DNA from: Bdellovibrionales bacterium
GTDB taxonomy: Bacteria; Bdellovibrionota; Bdellovibrionia; Bdellovibrionales; UBA1609
Length of the DNA stretch: 64,000 nucleotides
NCBI GenBank assembly: GCA_965219095.1
Contig: OZ244719.1
Span: forward strand, 256,001-320,000
Direction of reading: 5' to 3'
A program made the position numbers and the translations under genes. Shown one piece after another: positions 19,858 to 30,087 of the stretch. Every line of letters begins with the position of its first letter. Positions within the stretch are counted from its first letter, which is position 1. The notes under the pieces were generated by a model. It saw only the letters and a program-made list of their open reading frames with translations, did not search any database and was not told the DNA's origin.

Positions 19858-20376
19858 TTAAAGACTTTCTAGCATATGGTGGGCATCGTTTTCAATAGAT
19901 AAATCTTCAGATTCTTTTAAAACCTTTCTAAGAAGAAGTTCCCCTCTTCTTTTTTTGTTTTCTTTTATATATTTTTGGCTCATTAAGAGGCAAGCTTTAT
20001 GAAAAAAGAAAGAGTGGGCATATTTTTTTTCCATGTTCTGAAATAAAATTTCTATAGAAAGGCTTTTTTGATTTATAGCAATAAAAAATTCTAAGAAAAC
20101 TACTTTTTCTATATGAGGAGAGTGGGCGAAATGGTTTTTAAAATAATGGATCTGTAAAAGAGCTTTTTTATAGTTTTTCCTCCCTATTGTTGTTCTGATT
20201 TCATCAAAAGCTCGTAGGTCATTTTGAACTGAACGATCAAATAAAGAGCTGGGACTGCGAACACCATCCCTATAAAGGGGAAAAGGAAAATCCCTTAGAT
20301 TGAAAAAAGAACAAGCTAGGAAAGAAAAAAACACAAAATACTTCATTTCTTCTTTATCGGAAAAAAACCAATTCAC
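19858..20376 (-). CDS. Hypothetical protein, possibly an exported TPR/BamD-like helical protein
   Basis: Hydrophobic N-terminus with Cys and helical repeats. The start is uncertain. Confidence 0.55.
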   Translation of the reverse strand: MNWFFSDKEEMKYFVFFSFLACSFFNLRDFPFPLYRDGVRSPSSLFDRSVQNDLRAFDEIRTTIGRKNYKKALLQIHYFKNHFAHSPHIEKVVFLEFFIAINQKSLSIEILFQNMEKKYAHSFFFHKACLLMSQKYIKENKKRRGELLLRKVLKESEDLSIENDAHHMLESL

Positions 20377-20405
20377 TTGATAAAGACTATAGTCTTGCTT
20401 GAATT

Positions 20406-21254
20406 TCAGATGTTCTCTAAGGCTACGTGTTGGGAAAAATGATTAAAATCTTTAAATATCTTAGAAAAGATTTTAAGTGAAGGATTTTTTTTAAGCTTTA
20501 GAAGTTCTAAAAAATGAGTGATGTCTGTTAAAAAAACCTCCCTTTTAAGGTGAAAAAGAAGCCAGAATTTCAGATAATATGTATCGATATACTTAACTCC
20601 TTCAGTTCCATGATCCAAATCTTTTAACCAAGAAGTCTTATGTTCATAGGAGAGTTTAGAGTGAATTTCTTTCCACATCTTCTGCGATTGGAGTCCCCAA
20701 TAACTACCACGAAAAGAGCCTACGTATTTTTTAAACTTCTTCATAACTCTTAAAATCTTCCTTTTTTCTTCTTGACGAAAAAAGGAGTTCATTTTTATAT
20801 TTTTTCTGAGTCTATCTTGAAAAGAAGCTGTTTTTCGACCTTTAAAAAACGACATCCTATAAAACACAGATCCTTCTAGAGCTAGATTAACATGGTAATT
20901 TCCTTGTGGCATGTTTTTGTTTAAATTTCGTTCTCCAGGTGATTTTACAAAAAATCTTTCTCTATAAGTCTTAGAGGACAAGATATTTTGTGGGAAACCT
21001 AAGATCTCAACTCTAATTTTTTTGTAGGAAAAATTCCCTGAAAAGATCAAATTCCCCTTTTTATAACGTACCTTGATATCCTCCGTCTTACCTAAGTTCC
21101 TCTTTGAATCCAGGTTTTTAGACCGGGAGTTTAAAGTTGTCTTATAAAGCTTTTTTTCTTCTAAAGAGGGCTTTGAAACAAATTTTATAACTGAAATCAT
21201 TAAAGACATAAGGATAAGGTAAATTAAAGCATCTAAAAAAGCTCTCATTCTCAC
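20406..21254 (-). CDS. Hypothetical membrane-anchored protein
   Basis: 282-aa basic ORF with an N-terminal TM segment. Confidence 0.7.
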   Translation of the reverse strand: MRMRAFLDALIYLILMSLMISVIKFVSKPSLEEKKLYKTTLNSRSKNLDSKRNLGKTEDIKVRYKKGNLIFSGNFSYKKIRVEILGFPQNILSSKTYRERFFVKSPGERNLNKNMPQGNYHVNLALEGSVFYRMSFFKGRKTASFQDRLRKNIKMNSFFRQEEKRKILRVMKKFKKYVGSFRGSYWGLQSQKMWKEIHSKLSYEHKTSWLKDLDHGTEGVKYIDTYYLKFWLLFHLKREVFLTDITHFLELLKLKKNPSLKIFSKIFKDFNHFSQHVALENI

Positions 21255-21305
21255 ATTATAACTAAAAAGCTTGATTTTAATACAGCAATTTTACATAATA
21301 CAGCT

Positions 21306-22472
21306 ATGAGAAATAAAAAAATTTGGGCTTTAGTACTATCTACCGTTTCTTTAGGAATCCATGCTTACTTAACCTTCCAGCATTACAGCTTAAAAAAGTC
21401 AGGGGGAAGTAGCTTCTGTTCCCTCAATAATACTTTTGATTGTGATGCTGTCTCTTTGAGTTCTTATGCGACTCTATTTAACATCCCTGTAGCCTTGCTA
21501 GGCTTCATAGCCCATTTGTTTTTTATCTTCCTCATCCTCTCTTACTTTGTAAGTTCTTTACCCGACCCTCATAAATACTTACGTCTAGGTTTTCTTACGT
21601 CCTCTCTTATAGCTTTTGCTTCTATAATTATGGGTTCCCTATCCTTTCTCTTTATGTCCATTTACTGCCTTTTATGCATAACTCTTTATCTCCTTTCATT
21701 TGCTCTTTTTGAATTGATGAGAAGAGAGATGATAGGTGTATTTCGAAATTTTTTTAAAGACTTACAAAATTCTTCTTCAGTGTTTATCACACTGCTTGTA
21801 TTTTTAGCTTTAGGTTATATGTTTCACAAACAAAGCCTGCCTCTTTCTAAATACTCTCGTTTGCAACCTCACAAAATCGCCTTAAAATGGAAAGCAAGTC
21901 AAGCTTATAACTTTACTCAAATAAAAGCACTTTTTTCCATAGGAAGTCCTAAAGAAAAATCCTCCATGATCATTCAGGAGTTTATTGCCTTTTTATGTCC
22001 TAGTTGCAAACGAGCTAATCATCCTATCTCTTCTTTTGTCAAAGCCAATAAAAAAAATGTAAGATTAGAAGTCTACAGCTTTCCTTTAGGAGCAAAAAAC
22101 TGTGATAAAAACCTCCCTCCGGGGTGTTTTTTAGTAAAACTGGTACATTGTGCTGAAAAAATCCATAAAAAAGGCTTTTCTATGTCAAAATCTCTTTTCA
22201 AATACCAAGAAGAAATTGCTAGTTACAGAACAAGTATAGAGAAATTAACCACATTTACAAAAAATTTAGCCTCTCAGTTAGATATATCTTGGCTCTATAT
22301 AGAATCTTGTCTTCAATCACAAAATACAATAGATCTTATCAATCAACAAATCCAAAAGGGAATAGAATTTGAACTCCAAGGAGTACCTTCTATTTTTGTG
22401 AATCAAAAACTTATAAGTACTTTTACAGGCATCAGTGTTTTAGAAGCCATTTACAAAGACCTCAATAAATAA
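21306..22472 (+). CDS. Vitamin K epoxide reductase-DsbA (thioredoxin) fusion
   Basis: VKOR loop C...CDAV..S.YA, TM CLLC, then a CPSC...GVP thioredoxin fold. Confidence 0.88.
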   Translation: MRNKKIWALVLSTVSLGIHAYLTFQHYSLKKSGGSSFCSLNNTFDCDAVSLSSYATLFNIPVALLGFIAHLFFIFLILSYFVSSLPDPHKYLRLGFLTSSLIAFASIIMGSLSFLFMSIYCLLCITLYLLSFALFELMRREMIGVFRNFFKDLQNSSSVFITLLVFLALGYMFHKQSLPLSKYSRLQPHKIALKWKASQAYNFTQIKALFSIGSPKEKSSMIIQEFIAFLCPSCKRANHPISSFVKANKKNVRLEVYSFPLGAKNCDKNLPPGCFLVKLVHCAEKIHKKGFSMSKSLFKYQEEIASYRTSIEKLTTFTKNLASQLDISWLYIESCLQSQNTIDLINQQIQKGIEFELQGVPSIFVNQKLISTFTGISVLEAIYKDLNK

Positions 22473-22537
22473 AACTTAGGTCGTGTTTTTTTACTAAAAG
22501 TCTAGACCATCATTTAAAAACTTGCTTAAGTTTAAGT

Positions 22538-24436
22538 ATGGAGAAAGAAATTAAACATGAAGTTTTGAACTCTCATCAAAATATTCCTCAAACTGTGCTA
22601 CATTTAAGAGAGACTAATAAACAACTGACTCAAGATCTTGCTCTTAAACAAGAACGAATCAAAAAATTAGAACAACAAGTAGAACTTGCTAAAAAAAACT
22701 TAGGACCACTTAGCTTAAGACAAAAGTTTGAAAAAAGTATTACACAACTGCAAAGAAGCTTAAAAGAAAATCGAGATCTGGAAAGGCAAAATTTAAAATA
22801 CCATCTTATCATTCAAAAACAAAATGAAAAAATCACTCACCTTTCTCAAACAAGTCAATCTTATGAAGATATTGAACAGCTTTTTAAAGATCAAATTAAT
22901 TCCTTAAAAGAACGTACAGGTTCTCTCACCAAAACTCTCGAAGAAAAAAAGAAGGAATTTGATCATTTACAATACATATCTCAAAAAAACTACAAACAGC
23001 TTAAGAAAGCAGAAGAGGATTTAGGTTCAAGCAGAGAATATTACTCTGAAAAATCCTATCATGCCCTAAAACAGCAAAATAAATTTCTTGAAGAAAAAAT
23101 CAACCAAACCTCTGATAAGTTAAATTTCTTGCAAGCTGAAAATCAAAGGTTAGAAAAAGATAATTTTAAACTTCACATGAATGAACAAAAAATCCAACAA
23201 GATTATGAAAAAATAAAAAAACAAAGCAATTTTTACTCTAGTTCAGGCTCTGTTTTAAAAGATCAACTTGAAGCTTTTAAAGAACACAATAAAACCCTTG
23301 AACTTAAGGTAAATGAACTTACAGAAAGAAACTTCTCCTTAGAGGAGAGCCTTAAAGATTCAAAAAGAAAGGAAACTTTACAAGATCTTAATGAGAAAAT
23401 TCCTAAGGAGGCTTATCAAAGACTTTCTGATCAAAATCTCACTTTAAAGAAGAAATTTGAACAAACCATTGATAAAATAGCACAACTTCAAACCGATAAT
23501 AGTAATTTACAAAGAGAAAATCTAAACACTTTGTCTAAACTTGAAGAACAGGACAAAAAATACAACAAAATGAAAGCTAACTTCGATATTTTTTCCCAAA
23601 GAGATTCCATTATGAAGGACAAATTACTTTTGCTCAATCAAAAAAATCATGTAATGAAGCAGCTTGATAAAGATCATCAAATACACATGATAAAACTCAA
23701 TGAAATGTACAAAAAAGCAGTAAAAGACAAAGAAGAGTCTGAAATCACACTTATTTCTAAGCAGAGGCATATTCAGAAGATCAATCAAAGAATTCGATCC
23801 TATGCAAAATACCATAAATTCATACGCCCCTATGTGAGAAGATTGAAAGATAAAGATAAACTTCAAGGAGAAGCTGTTGAAAGGTACGAAGAACTAAAAG
23901 CACGTTATCAAAGAGACACTTCTCTCATCCACGAAGCAAAAACTTTAAAACACAGCCTTTTAGTGGAGAAAAATAGAGCTATTTATTTCGAACGCAAACT
24001 TAAAGCCCTGAAAGACAAACAGGAAAAAGAACTTACAAAGTACGAAAATGAAAAGAAATCCTACCAACTTCGTTATCAAAAACAAAAACTTGAGTATGAA
24101 GAGCTTGAAAAAGAAATCTTTCGTACAAAAAAAGCCATTGAACAGAATCATTCTCTAAAAGAGCAAGTTCAAAATCTACAAATGTTATGGTCAGACAATC
24201 AAAAGAAATTAGAAAGACAGGAATTGCAAAATGTAAATCTACAAAAAATCAACCAAAATTTAAGCTACTGTTTAAATCAGTACCGTGAGAAAATGAAAAA
24301 ATTTAAAGATCAGATGACTCTTTCACAGGTTAGACTTTCTCAGTCTAAAGATGATAATCAAGATCCTACCTTTCAAAATGTAGATATGCTTAAAAAGCTC
24401 CAAAAACTCATAGATGAAGTCTATTCTGGGCTTTAG
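22538..24436 (+). CDS. Long coiled-coil protein
   Basis: 632 aa, rich in K/E/Q/L heptads, no ATPase motif. Confidence 0.8.
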   Translation: MEKEIKHEVLNSHQNIPQTVLHLRETNKQLTQDLALKQERIKKLEQQVELAKKNLGPLSLRQKFEKSITQLQRSLKENRDLERQNLKYHLIIQKQNEKITHLSQTSQSYEDIEQLFKDQINSLKERTGSLTKTLEEKKKEFDHLQYISQKNYKQLKKAEEDLGSSREYYSEKSYHALKQQNKFLEEKINQTSDKLNFLQAENQRLEKDNFKLHMNEQKIQQDYEKIKKQSNFYSSSGSVLKDQLEAFKEHNKTLELKVNELTERNFSLEESLKDSKRKETLQDLNEKIPKEAYQRLSDQNLTLKKKFEQTIDKIAQLQTDNSNLQRENLNTLSKLEEQDKKYNKMKANFDIFSQRDSIMKDKLLLLNQKNHVMKQLDKDHQIHMIKLNEMYKKAVKDKEESEITLISKQRHIQKINQRIRSYAKYHKFIRPYVRRLKDKDKLQGEAVERYEELKARYQRDTSLIHEAKTLKHSLLVEKNRAIYFERKLKALKDKQEKELTKYENEKKSYQLRYQKQKLEYEELEKEIFRTKKAIEQNHSLKEQVQNLQMLWSDNQKKLERQELQNVNLQKINQNLSYCLNQYREKMKKFKDQMTLSQVRLSQSKDDNQDPTFQNVDMLKKLQKLIDEVYSGL

Positions 24437-24519
24437 TCGCATAGCGAGAAAAAAAAAAGAAAGTTGAAAAAGAAAAGAGCTCCTATAAAAATGGACTTAG
24501 AACTTGTTTTGCAAAGGTA

Positions 24520-26874
24520 GTGCATTGCGAAAAATCGTCTTATAGGATTGTTTTGGAACAAAAAATATTAAGAAAAAACTCTTTCTTTCAAATTGTCTTC
24601 TTTTTTATTATCGTTATTGGTTTATCACAGACTTTTTCAGAAACCCAATTTCAATTTAAAAACCTTGTCTTAAAAGCAGAAAAAATCTCACAAGACAGTC
24701 AAAACAAAAAAATCCAACTCAAGGGAAATGTAAAGATTTTTTATAAAGACATTAAGTTTTTAGCAGAAGATGCTATTATTGATCTTAAAAAGAAAACTAT
24801 TGAAATCAAAAAGAAAGCTAAGTTTTCTTCAAAAGACCTCTCCGCTGAGGCTGAAAAACTTTTTTATAATTACGAAAAACACACAGGAATTTTCCACAAA
24901 GCCGTCATCAAGTCAGGAAAAACAACTTTTGAAGGAGAGATTATCACTCAAGAATCTCTGAAAAAATATATTATTAAAAATGGATTTTACACCTCTTGTT
25001 CAAACTGTCCTCCTTTATGGAGTTTTTCTAGTTCAGAAATCCATGCCGTCCTAGGGGAATACGCTTATATTAAACATCCTAAATTGAAAATTTTTAAAAT
25101 GCCTTTACTCTACTCCCCTGTATTCATTATACCTCTTAAAACAAAAAGACAATCAGGACTCCTACCTCCCTCTTTATACATTAACGAACTAGGAACTTTA
25201 GCATTATCTCAAAGCTATTTTTGGGCTCTTTCAAGAAGCAATGACTTAACACTAACAGGTTCCTATTATTATTCAAGAGGATTCAAATGGATAACTGACT
25301 ACCGCTATATTTTAAATGAGGATAGCAAAGGTCAACTTAAAGCAGGAACTATCAACGACAGTAATTTTAACGATAGAAAAGGGGAACAAAGACGATGGTT
25401 TGTTCAATACCAACACTATCAAAAACTTGGAAGACAAACCATTCAAAGAGCTCAGTTTTCTTGGATTGGAGATATACAGTATCCCCAAGAGTTTCCAAGA
25501 GACATTCCTTCTGTAGGAGAACCTGCTTTAGAAAATCGCATCTCTTTTACAAAAAATAGTAACACACATCATTTTCATTTAGAGGCAGACTATTATTTAA
25601 ATCTTTTAAAAAACGATGTCCCCTTTAAAAATGATGATGCTGTTCATAGACTTCCTGCTATAAGCTACTCTTTAATAGAAATTCCTTTACTTGATTCTCC
25701 TTTAAAATTTGATTTTAATGCCCTCTATACAAACTTTTTTAGACATGGTTTAAATTTTGATGATGTTGAAGAATCCTCTGTAATTGAACAAAAACAAACA
25801 GCCTGCAAAGCTCTTGACACAAAAGAAAAAATTGAGACTTGTTTGTCGCAAATTCGTTACATAAAAACAGATCCTGATGGTATTTTTGATCCTGAAAGAG
25901 ATATTCTTCGTACAGGACAAAGACTAGAATTTCAGCCTACTTTTTCACTACCTCTTCAAGTTAAAAAACTCATCAACATCACCCCTTCTTTTTCTTATAA
26001 AGGTTCTTATTATGTGTTTCCTGATTTAAATAACAACAAAAAAAGCACTTTTAGACAGTTTATTGAAACAAGTATAAGATGGGAAACACAAGCACAAGCT
26101 GTTTTCAAAAAAACAACTAAACGCTATCAACATAAATTCAAACAAATTTTTGAATACTCTCATATCCCCTGGACAAGTCATAATAATCATATTTTTTTTG
26201 GAAACTTTACAGATAAGCCTTATAGGCTATCTCAAGAAATTCTCACAGAAGATGATTTTTATTCTGAAAATCATATAGGTGAAGGAAAAGTTCAATTTGA
26301 TTACAATGACCGTTTGTTTAGAAAAAAAATCATTAGCTATACTTTAATTAATGAAATCAGGGAAAAGTACAAAAACCAATACAAAAAACTCATGGCTGTT
26401 TCTCTAAGTCAGTATTATGATTTCAATCAAAAAACTATAGGAAAACTCACCCCTTGGTCACCTTTTCTAGGGAAAATCCAATGGAATGATAACTTTTTTA
26501 CTTCCTATTTTCTTTTTAAATATTACACTTCCTTAGAACGGTTAAGTTTCTACACTCGTTTAGAATTTATTTTCAGCTACTACCTATCTATGGGAGTCTC
26601 TTATGATAAGGGGTTTTCTGTGGATTCTGAGGGAGAAGTCATAAAAACAAGCTTTAATGAAGACTGGTCTTTAGATTTTTCTTTCAAGAATTCCTTTCTA
26701 AAATTCAAAGGCAAAATCAATTATTCGACCTTATCAAAAATTATCAAATCCTGGGAATACTCCACATCTCTTTTGCTTCCAGGCGAATGCTGGCATATTA
26801 ATTTTGGACAGATTCGTCCTATCAATAGTGAGCCTATTTTTCAGCTTAATTTCCTTTTTCGATTTAACGAATAA
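24520..26874 (+). CDS. lptD: LPS-assembly protein LptD
   Basis: OstA-like N-terminus, YTSC..CPPLW, RQSGLL.P, C-terminal ECW and beta-strand pattern. The start is uncertain. Confidence 0.85.
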   Translation: MHCEKSSYRIVLEQKILRKNSFFQIVFFFIIVIGLSQTFSETQFQFKNLVLKAEKISQDSQNKKIQLKGNVKIFYKDIKFLAEDAIIDLKKKTIEIKKKAKFSSKDLSAEAEKLFYNYEKHTGIFHKAVIKSGKTTFEGEIITQESLKKYIIKNGFYTSCSNCPPLWSFSSSEIHAVLGEYAYIKHPKLKIFKMPLLYSPVFIIPLKTKRQSGLLPPSLYINELGTLALSQSYFWALSRSNDLTLTGSYYYSRGFKWITDYRYILNEDSKGQLKAGTINDSNFNDRKGEQRRWFVQYQHYQKLGRQTIQRAQFSWIGDIQYPQEFPRDIPSVGEPALENRISFTKNSNTHHFHLEADYYLNLLKNDVPFKNDDAVHRLPAISYSLIEIPLLDSPLKFDFNALYTNFFRHGLNFDDVEESSVIEQKQTACKALDTKEKIETCLSQIRYIKTDPDGIFDPERDILRTGQRLEFQPTFSLPLQVKKLINITPSFSYKGSYYVFPDLNNNKKSTFRQFIETSIRWETQAQAVFKKTTKRYQHKFKQIFEYSHIPWTSHNNHIFFGNFTDKPYRLSQEILTEDDFYSENHIGEGKVQFDYNDRLFRKKIISYTLINEIREKYKNQYKKLMAVSLSQYYDFNQKTIGKLTPWSPFLGKIQWNDNFFTSYFLFKYYTSLERLSFYTRLEFIFSYYLSMGVSYDKGFSVDSEGEVIKTSFNEDWSLDFSFKNSFLKFKGKINYSTLSKIIKSWEYSTSLLLPGECWHINFGQIRPINSEPIFQLNFLFRFNE

Positions 26875-27217
26875 TAAAGATAAAAATCCACATTTCTATC
26901 AGGGAATAAAAGTTTCAATTCATAATTTAAGCTTGAGGTGTCTATCAAAAAGCAGATTATTCCAATAGAAATTTATTCTGTTTTTTTCTCGTAAATAACT
27001 TATTTTTATAAACTTTTATTGATTTTTTTCTTTGTCTGCAGGATCTAAAATATAAATACTTTCATATAAAAAACCTAGGATAATTTTCCCATCATCCATT
27101 ATGGCAGGAGAGGGATTAATCCAACTATCTGTTTTAAAATCATCATGTGGCTTACTCTTTTCTTCTTAAGCTTATCATCCTCTGGTTGCATTACAAGTTG
27201 ATTCTGGGAAATAATGA

Positions 27218-27254
27218 AAAAAGTCTTAGAAAAATTATTTTTCTAAGACTTTTT
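27218..27254. terminator. Palindromic terminator-like hairpin
   Basis: AAAAAGTCTTAGAAAAA-TTA-TTTTTCTAAGACTTTTT, just past the stop at 27287. Confidence 0.65.
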
Positions 27255-27286
27255 ATTTTAATAAAAAACTGTAAGTTCAGGATTAA

Positions 27287-27583
27287 TTATGAAACATCAT
27301 CATATTCATAGAAATGATTATCTAAAGGACCTTCTTTTTCATCTTGTACGTTTTCCTCATTTTCTTGATTTTCTCTTATGTCTATATCATCAAATACGTA
27401 AGGATAGTCAAGAAACTCCCCTTCTTCCATATCTGCTGTGGCTTCATATTCATTCTGTAGGTTCTCAGTGAGATAACCAAAATTATCTATTACAACACCT
27501 GAACCTCCACCAGCAAAAACATCAAAAAACATAAGAGTCCAAGCTGTTAGAATCAATAAAATAACATTTTTACTTATTTTCAT
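27287..27583 (-). CDS. Small acidic secreted protein
   Basis: RBS AAAGGAG, signal peptide MKISKNV...VFA, and a D/E-rich mature part beginning GGGSG. Confidence 0.75.
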   Translation of the reverse strand: MKISKNVILLILTAWTLMFFDVFAGGGSGVVIDNFGYLTENLQNEYEATADMEEGEFLDYPYVFDDIDIRENQENEENVQDEKEGPLDNHFYEYDDVS

Positions 27584-28145
27584 TTCTATCTCCTTTCTCA
27601 TTAACTTTATCTAGCGAAGAAGTTTTCATTATATTAGAGGCTATATTATAAATACCACCTTCCTTTATAGGCTTTGACTTTTTGTAAAGCCTATCAATAA
27701 GCTTCCTATACTCTCTATTAAACCATTCTATACATGCTTCATCAGTCGCTATGATATGTGTATGACCTTGCCTTATGTTTACCATATTTGTTTGAGTTAA
27801 CATATCTTTTGTCTTCAAGAGATGATACTTCAAAATTTGTTCACTAGAAAGATCATCTCTTGTGAGAAGAAAATTCATCTTTTTTGCTTTGTAACGATTA
27901 TTATCGACATACAAAAGACCTAAGTTCTTTAAACCTTCTACAGCTTCATAAGCTTCTTCAAGAGTTACATCAAATTTTTTTGCTACAATCTTAGCTGAAG
28001 CAGGTAAAGATTGTGATGTTAAATAGGCATGAAGTGATGGCCAAAGGTTTAAAGAAAGCCAATTTTCTATCAATTCAGGATTATGACTTGTTCTTTGTTC
28101 CTTTACTTTTTTTTCAACATTTTCTATTGCATTTGTATCTCTCAT
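27570..28145 (-). CDS. DUF4423-like winged-helix protein
   Basis: The pattern VAKKF.V...EA..AV..L..LGLL, YH and C-terminal IYNI recalls the Bdellovibrio-expanded DUF4423 family. Confidence 0.6.
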   Translation of the reverse strand: MRDTNAIENVEKKVKEQRTSHNPELIENWLSLNLWPSLHAYLTSQSLPASAKIVAKKFDVTLEEAYEAVEGLKNLGLLYVDNNRYKAKKMNFLLTRDDLSSEQILKYHLLKTKDMLTQTNMVNIRQGHTHIIATDEACIEWFNREYRKLIDRLYKKSKPIKEGGIYNIASNIMKTSSLDKVNEKGDRNENK

Positions 28146-28336
28146 ATAAATCTCCTTTCTTTCCTTTGAATTTTAAAAGGATTATTCCTTTATACTTTTT
28201 TTGTACTTCTTTCTTTATTGTCATAATCAAAACCTCCTGTGTGTCAATTAATTTTATTTCTTTTATATAGTAATGAAATTTAGATTTTCATGTTATATTT
28301 TACAAAACCACTAACTTGAAAATTCAAATACACGTA

Positions 28337-28768
28337 CTATATACATGTTCTCAGATATTCTTTTAACCTAAAAAAAGAGCTATCATAATCTTCATAAGAT
28401 TCAACATATCTTTTTGTGGTTGCAAGAATATCCTTTATCATAATTCTCCTTTCATTTTTATTAAATTTTTTTAATAAATGCTCCATATCATTTCCTATAT
28501 GCATTGAAGAAACTTTGTTTTCTTGATTGAATTTCTCTTTATAAGCTCTTTCATTTAGGATACTCTTGAGATTGATGCCCAAGACTTTAAAAAGGCTAAT
28601 CAAATGCTCTGATTTTAAACTCGATTTGCCGTTTAAAAATCGACTTAAAGTGGTTCTGCTAATTCCTATAGATTCAGCTGTCACTTTAATGCTCATTCCC
28701 TTTTTTTCTAAAAGAAGGGAAATGTTGTTTAATACTGCCCAATCATTTACACATTTCATTTTCATCAT
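28337..28768 (-). CDS. XRE-family HTH transcriptional regulator
   Basis: AESIGISRTTLSRFLNGK helix-turn-helix. Confidence 0.85.
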   Translation of the reverse strand: MMKMKCVNDWAVLNNISLLLEKKGMSIKVTAESIGISRTTLSRFLNGKSSLKSEHLISLFKVLGINLKSILNERAYKEKFNQENKVSSMHIGNDMEHLLKKFNKNERRIMIKDILATTKRYVESYEDYDSSFFRLKEYLRTCI

Positions 28769-29328
28769 AGAATATATCTTAAACCAAAATCCAAAAAAAG
28801 TAAATAAAAATCCCCTTTTTTCAAATTTTTTTTATTTATTTGTATTTTTTACATAATAAAGAGCCTAACTGCAATTCACTAGTGCAACCTTTTCTTTCAT
28901 CATAACCTCATAAGGTGTTAAATAAACTACTCGTTTGTTAAGAAAATAGTACATGAAGGAAATACTAATAACAAAAAGCTCTGTATCGTTAAATAAAATT
29001 TACATCCATAACTTTTTTAAAAAATGGCTTAATAATTCTACTTTTTCTTGTTAATATCTTTCTAAGAGAAATGAGGGTTTTTAGAAATTTTTAAATAAAA
29101 ATGGAAAGGAGACAAGAATGAAAATAAGGAATAAGAAAAAAAATTCTTCATCATTATCCTCTCATAGCCAAAATTTAGGCTCTTATAATGTAGTTACAAG
29201 AGAGTTTTTTACTACCGGAAATAGACACAAAGCTACAAAAATTTTCTTTCAGGGCTGTCTTATAGAGAAAAAATATTATATTTTCGAACAATAACGAAAA
29301 ATCTCCTTTTTTTTGTTTCGAGGCCTTT

Positions 29329-29736
29329 TCATTTGAAAAGGCCTTGTTTTTCTCCTAACTGACCAGATGTTCTTATTCCCCAACACCATACCCGTCCCCT
29401 TTCTGAAACAGTACAGGTATGGTTGCTTCCTGCAGAAATAGAACTGATAGTTTCTAAGAAAAAAGAGTTTTTGCTTTGTATGTTTATTTTCACAGGATGA
29501 TGTTCTTGATAATCTGGACTAATTCTTTGACTTGTCAAGATACTTTTTCCATTTCCTAACTGACCATGGGTTCCATATCTCCAACACCATACCTGTCCCC
29601 TTTCTGAAACAGCACAAGCATGGCTTTTCAAATTAGTGATTCCTACGGAAATAAAGACGATATTTTCTGCCTCAGCGAGACAAAATGAAAGTATAAAAAA
29701 GACCTTTACCAATATAAAGTAAGCTATTATTTTCAT
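29329..29736 (-). pseudogene. Truncated paralog of the secreted RCC1-repeat protein
   Basis: Shares promoter, RBS and signal peptide with 7980 and ends after about 1.5 repeats. Confidence 0.75.
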
Positions 29737-30087
29737 TTTACTCTCCTTTTTTGAATTTGAAAGTGTTTTAAGGTAGCATAAAAAAAAACATGTCAACTCT
29801 AAACTTAATCATTAAAAATTTAGGCTCCTCAAAAGAGCCTGTAAATTAAATTGTGTAACTGAAGATAATACACTGCATAGGAATGATGTCATCTCAAGTG
29901 GAAACAACTTGATCTAAAATGCTTGTGTACAACAACGCCCAACAATTCTAAAAAATACCTCTTTTTGCTTTTTACAGAAAAATAAAGTTGAGGAGCAAAT
30001 CTTCATTACTGAAGAAAGAATGTTTTTTAAAAAAGTAAAAGAATTTGTTTCTAGGTATTCTCAAGAAAAACCTACAACAAAAAATTA

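Noticed and set aside
27050..27150. Minus-strand fragment FKTDSWINPSPAIMDDGKIILG resembling a PQQ-type propeller blade
   Set aside because: Too short and broken to call without a search.
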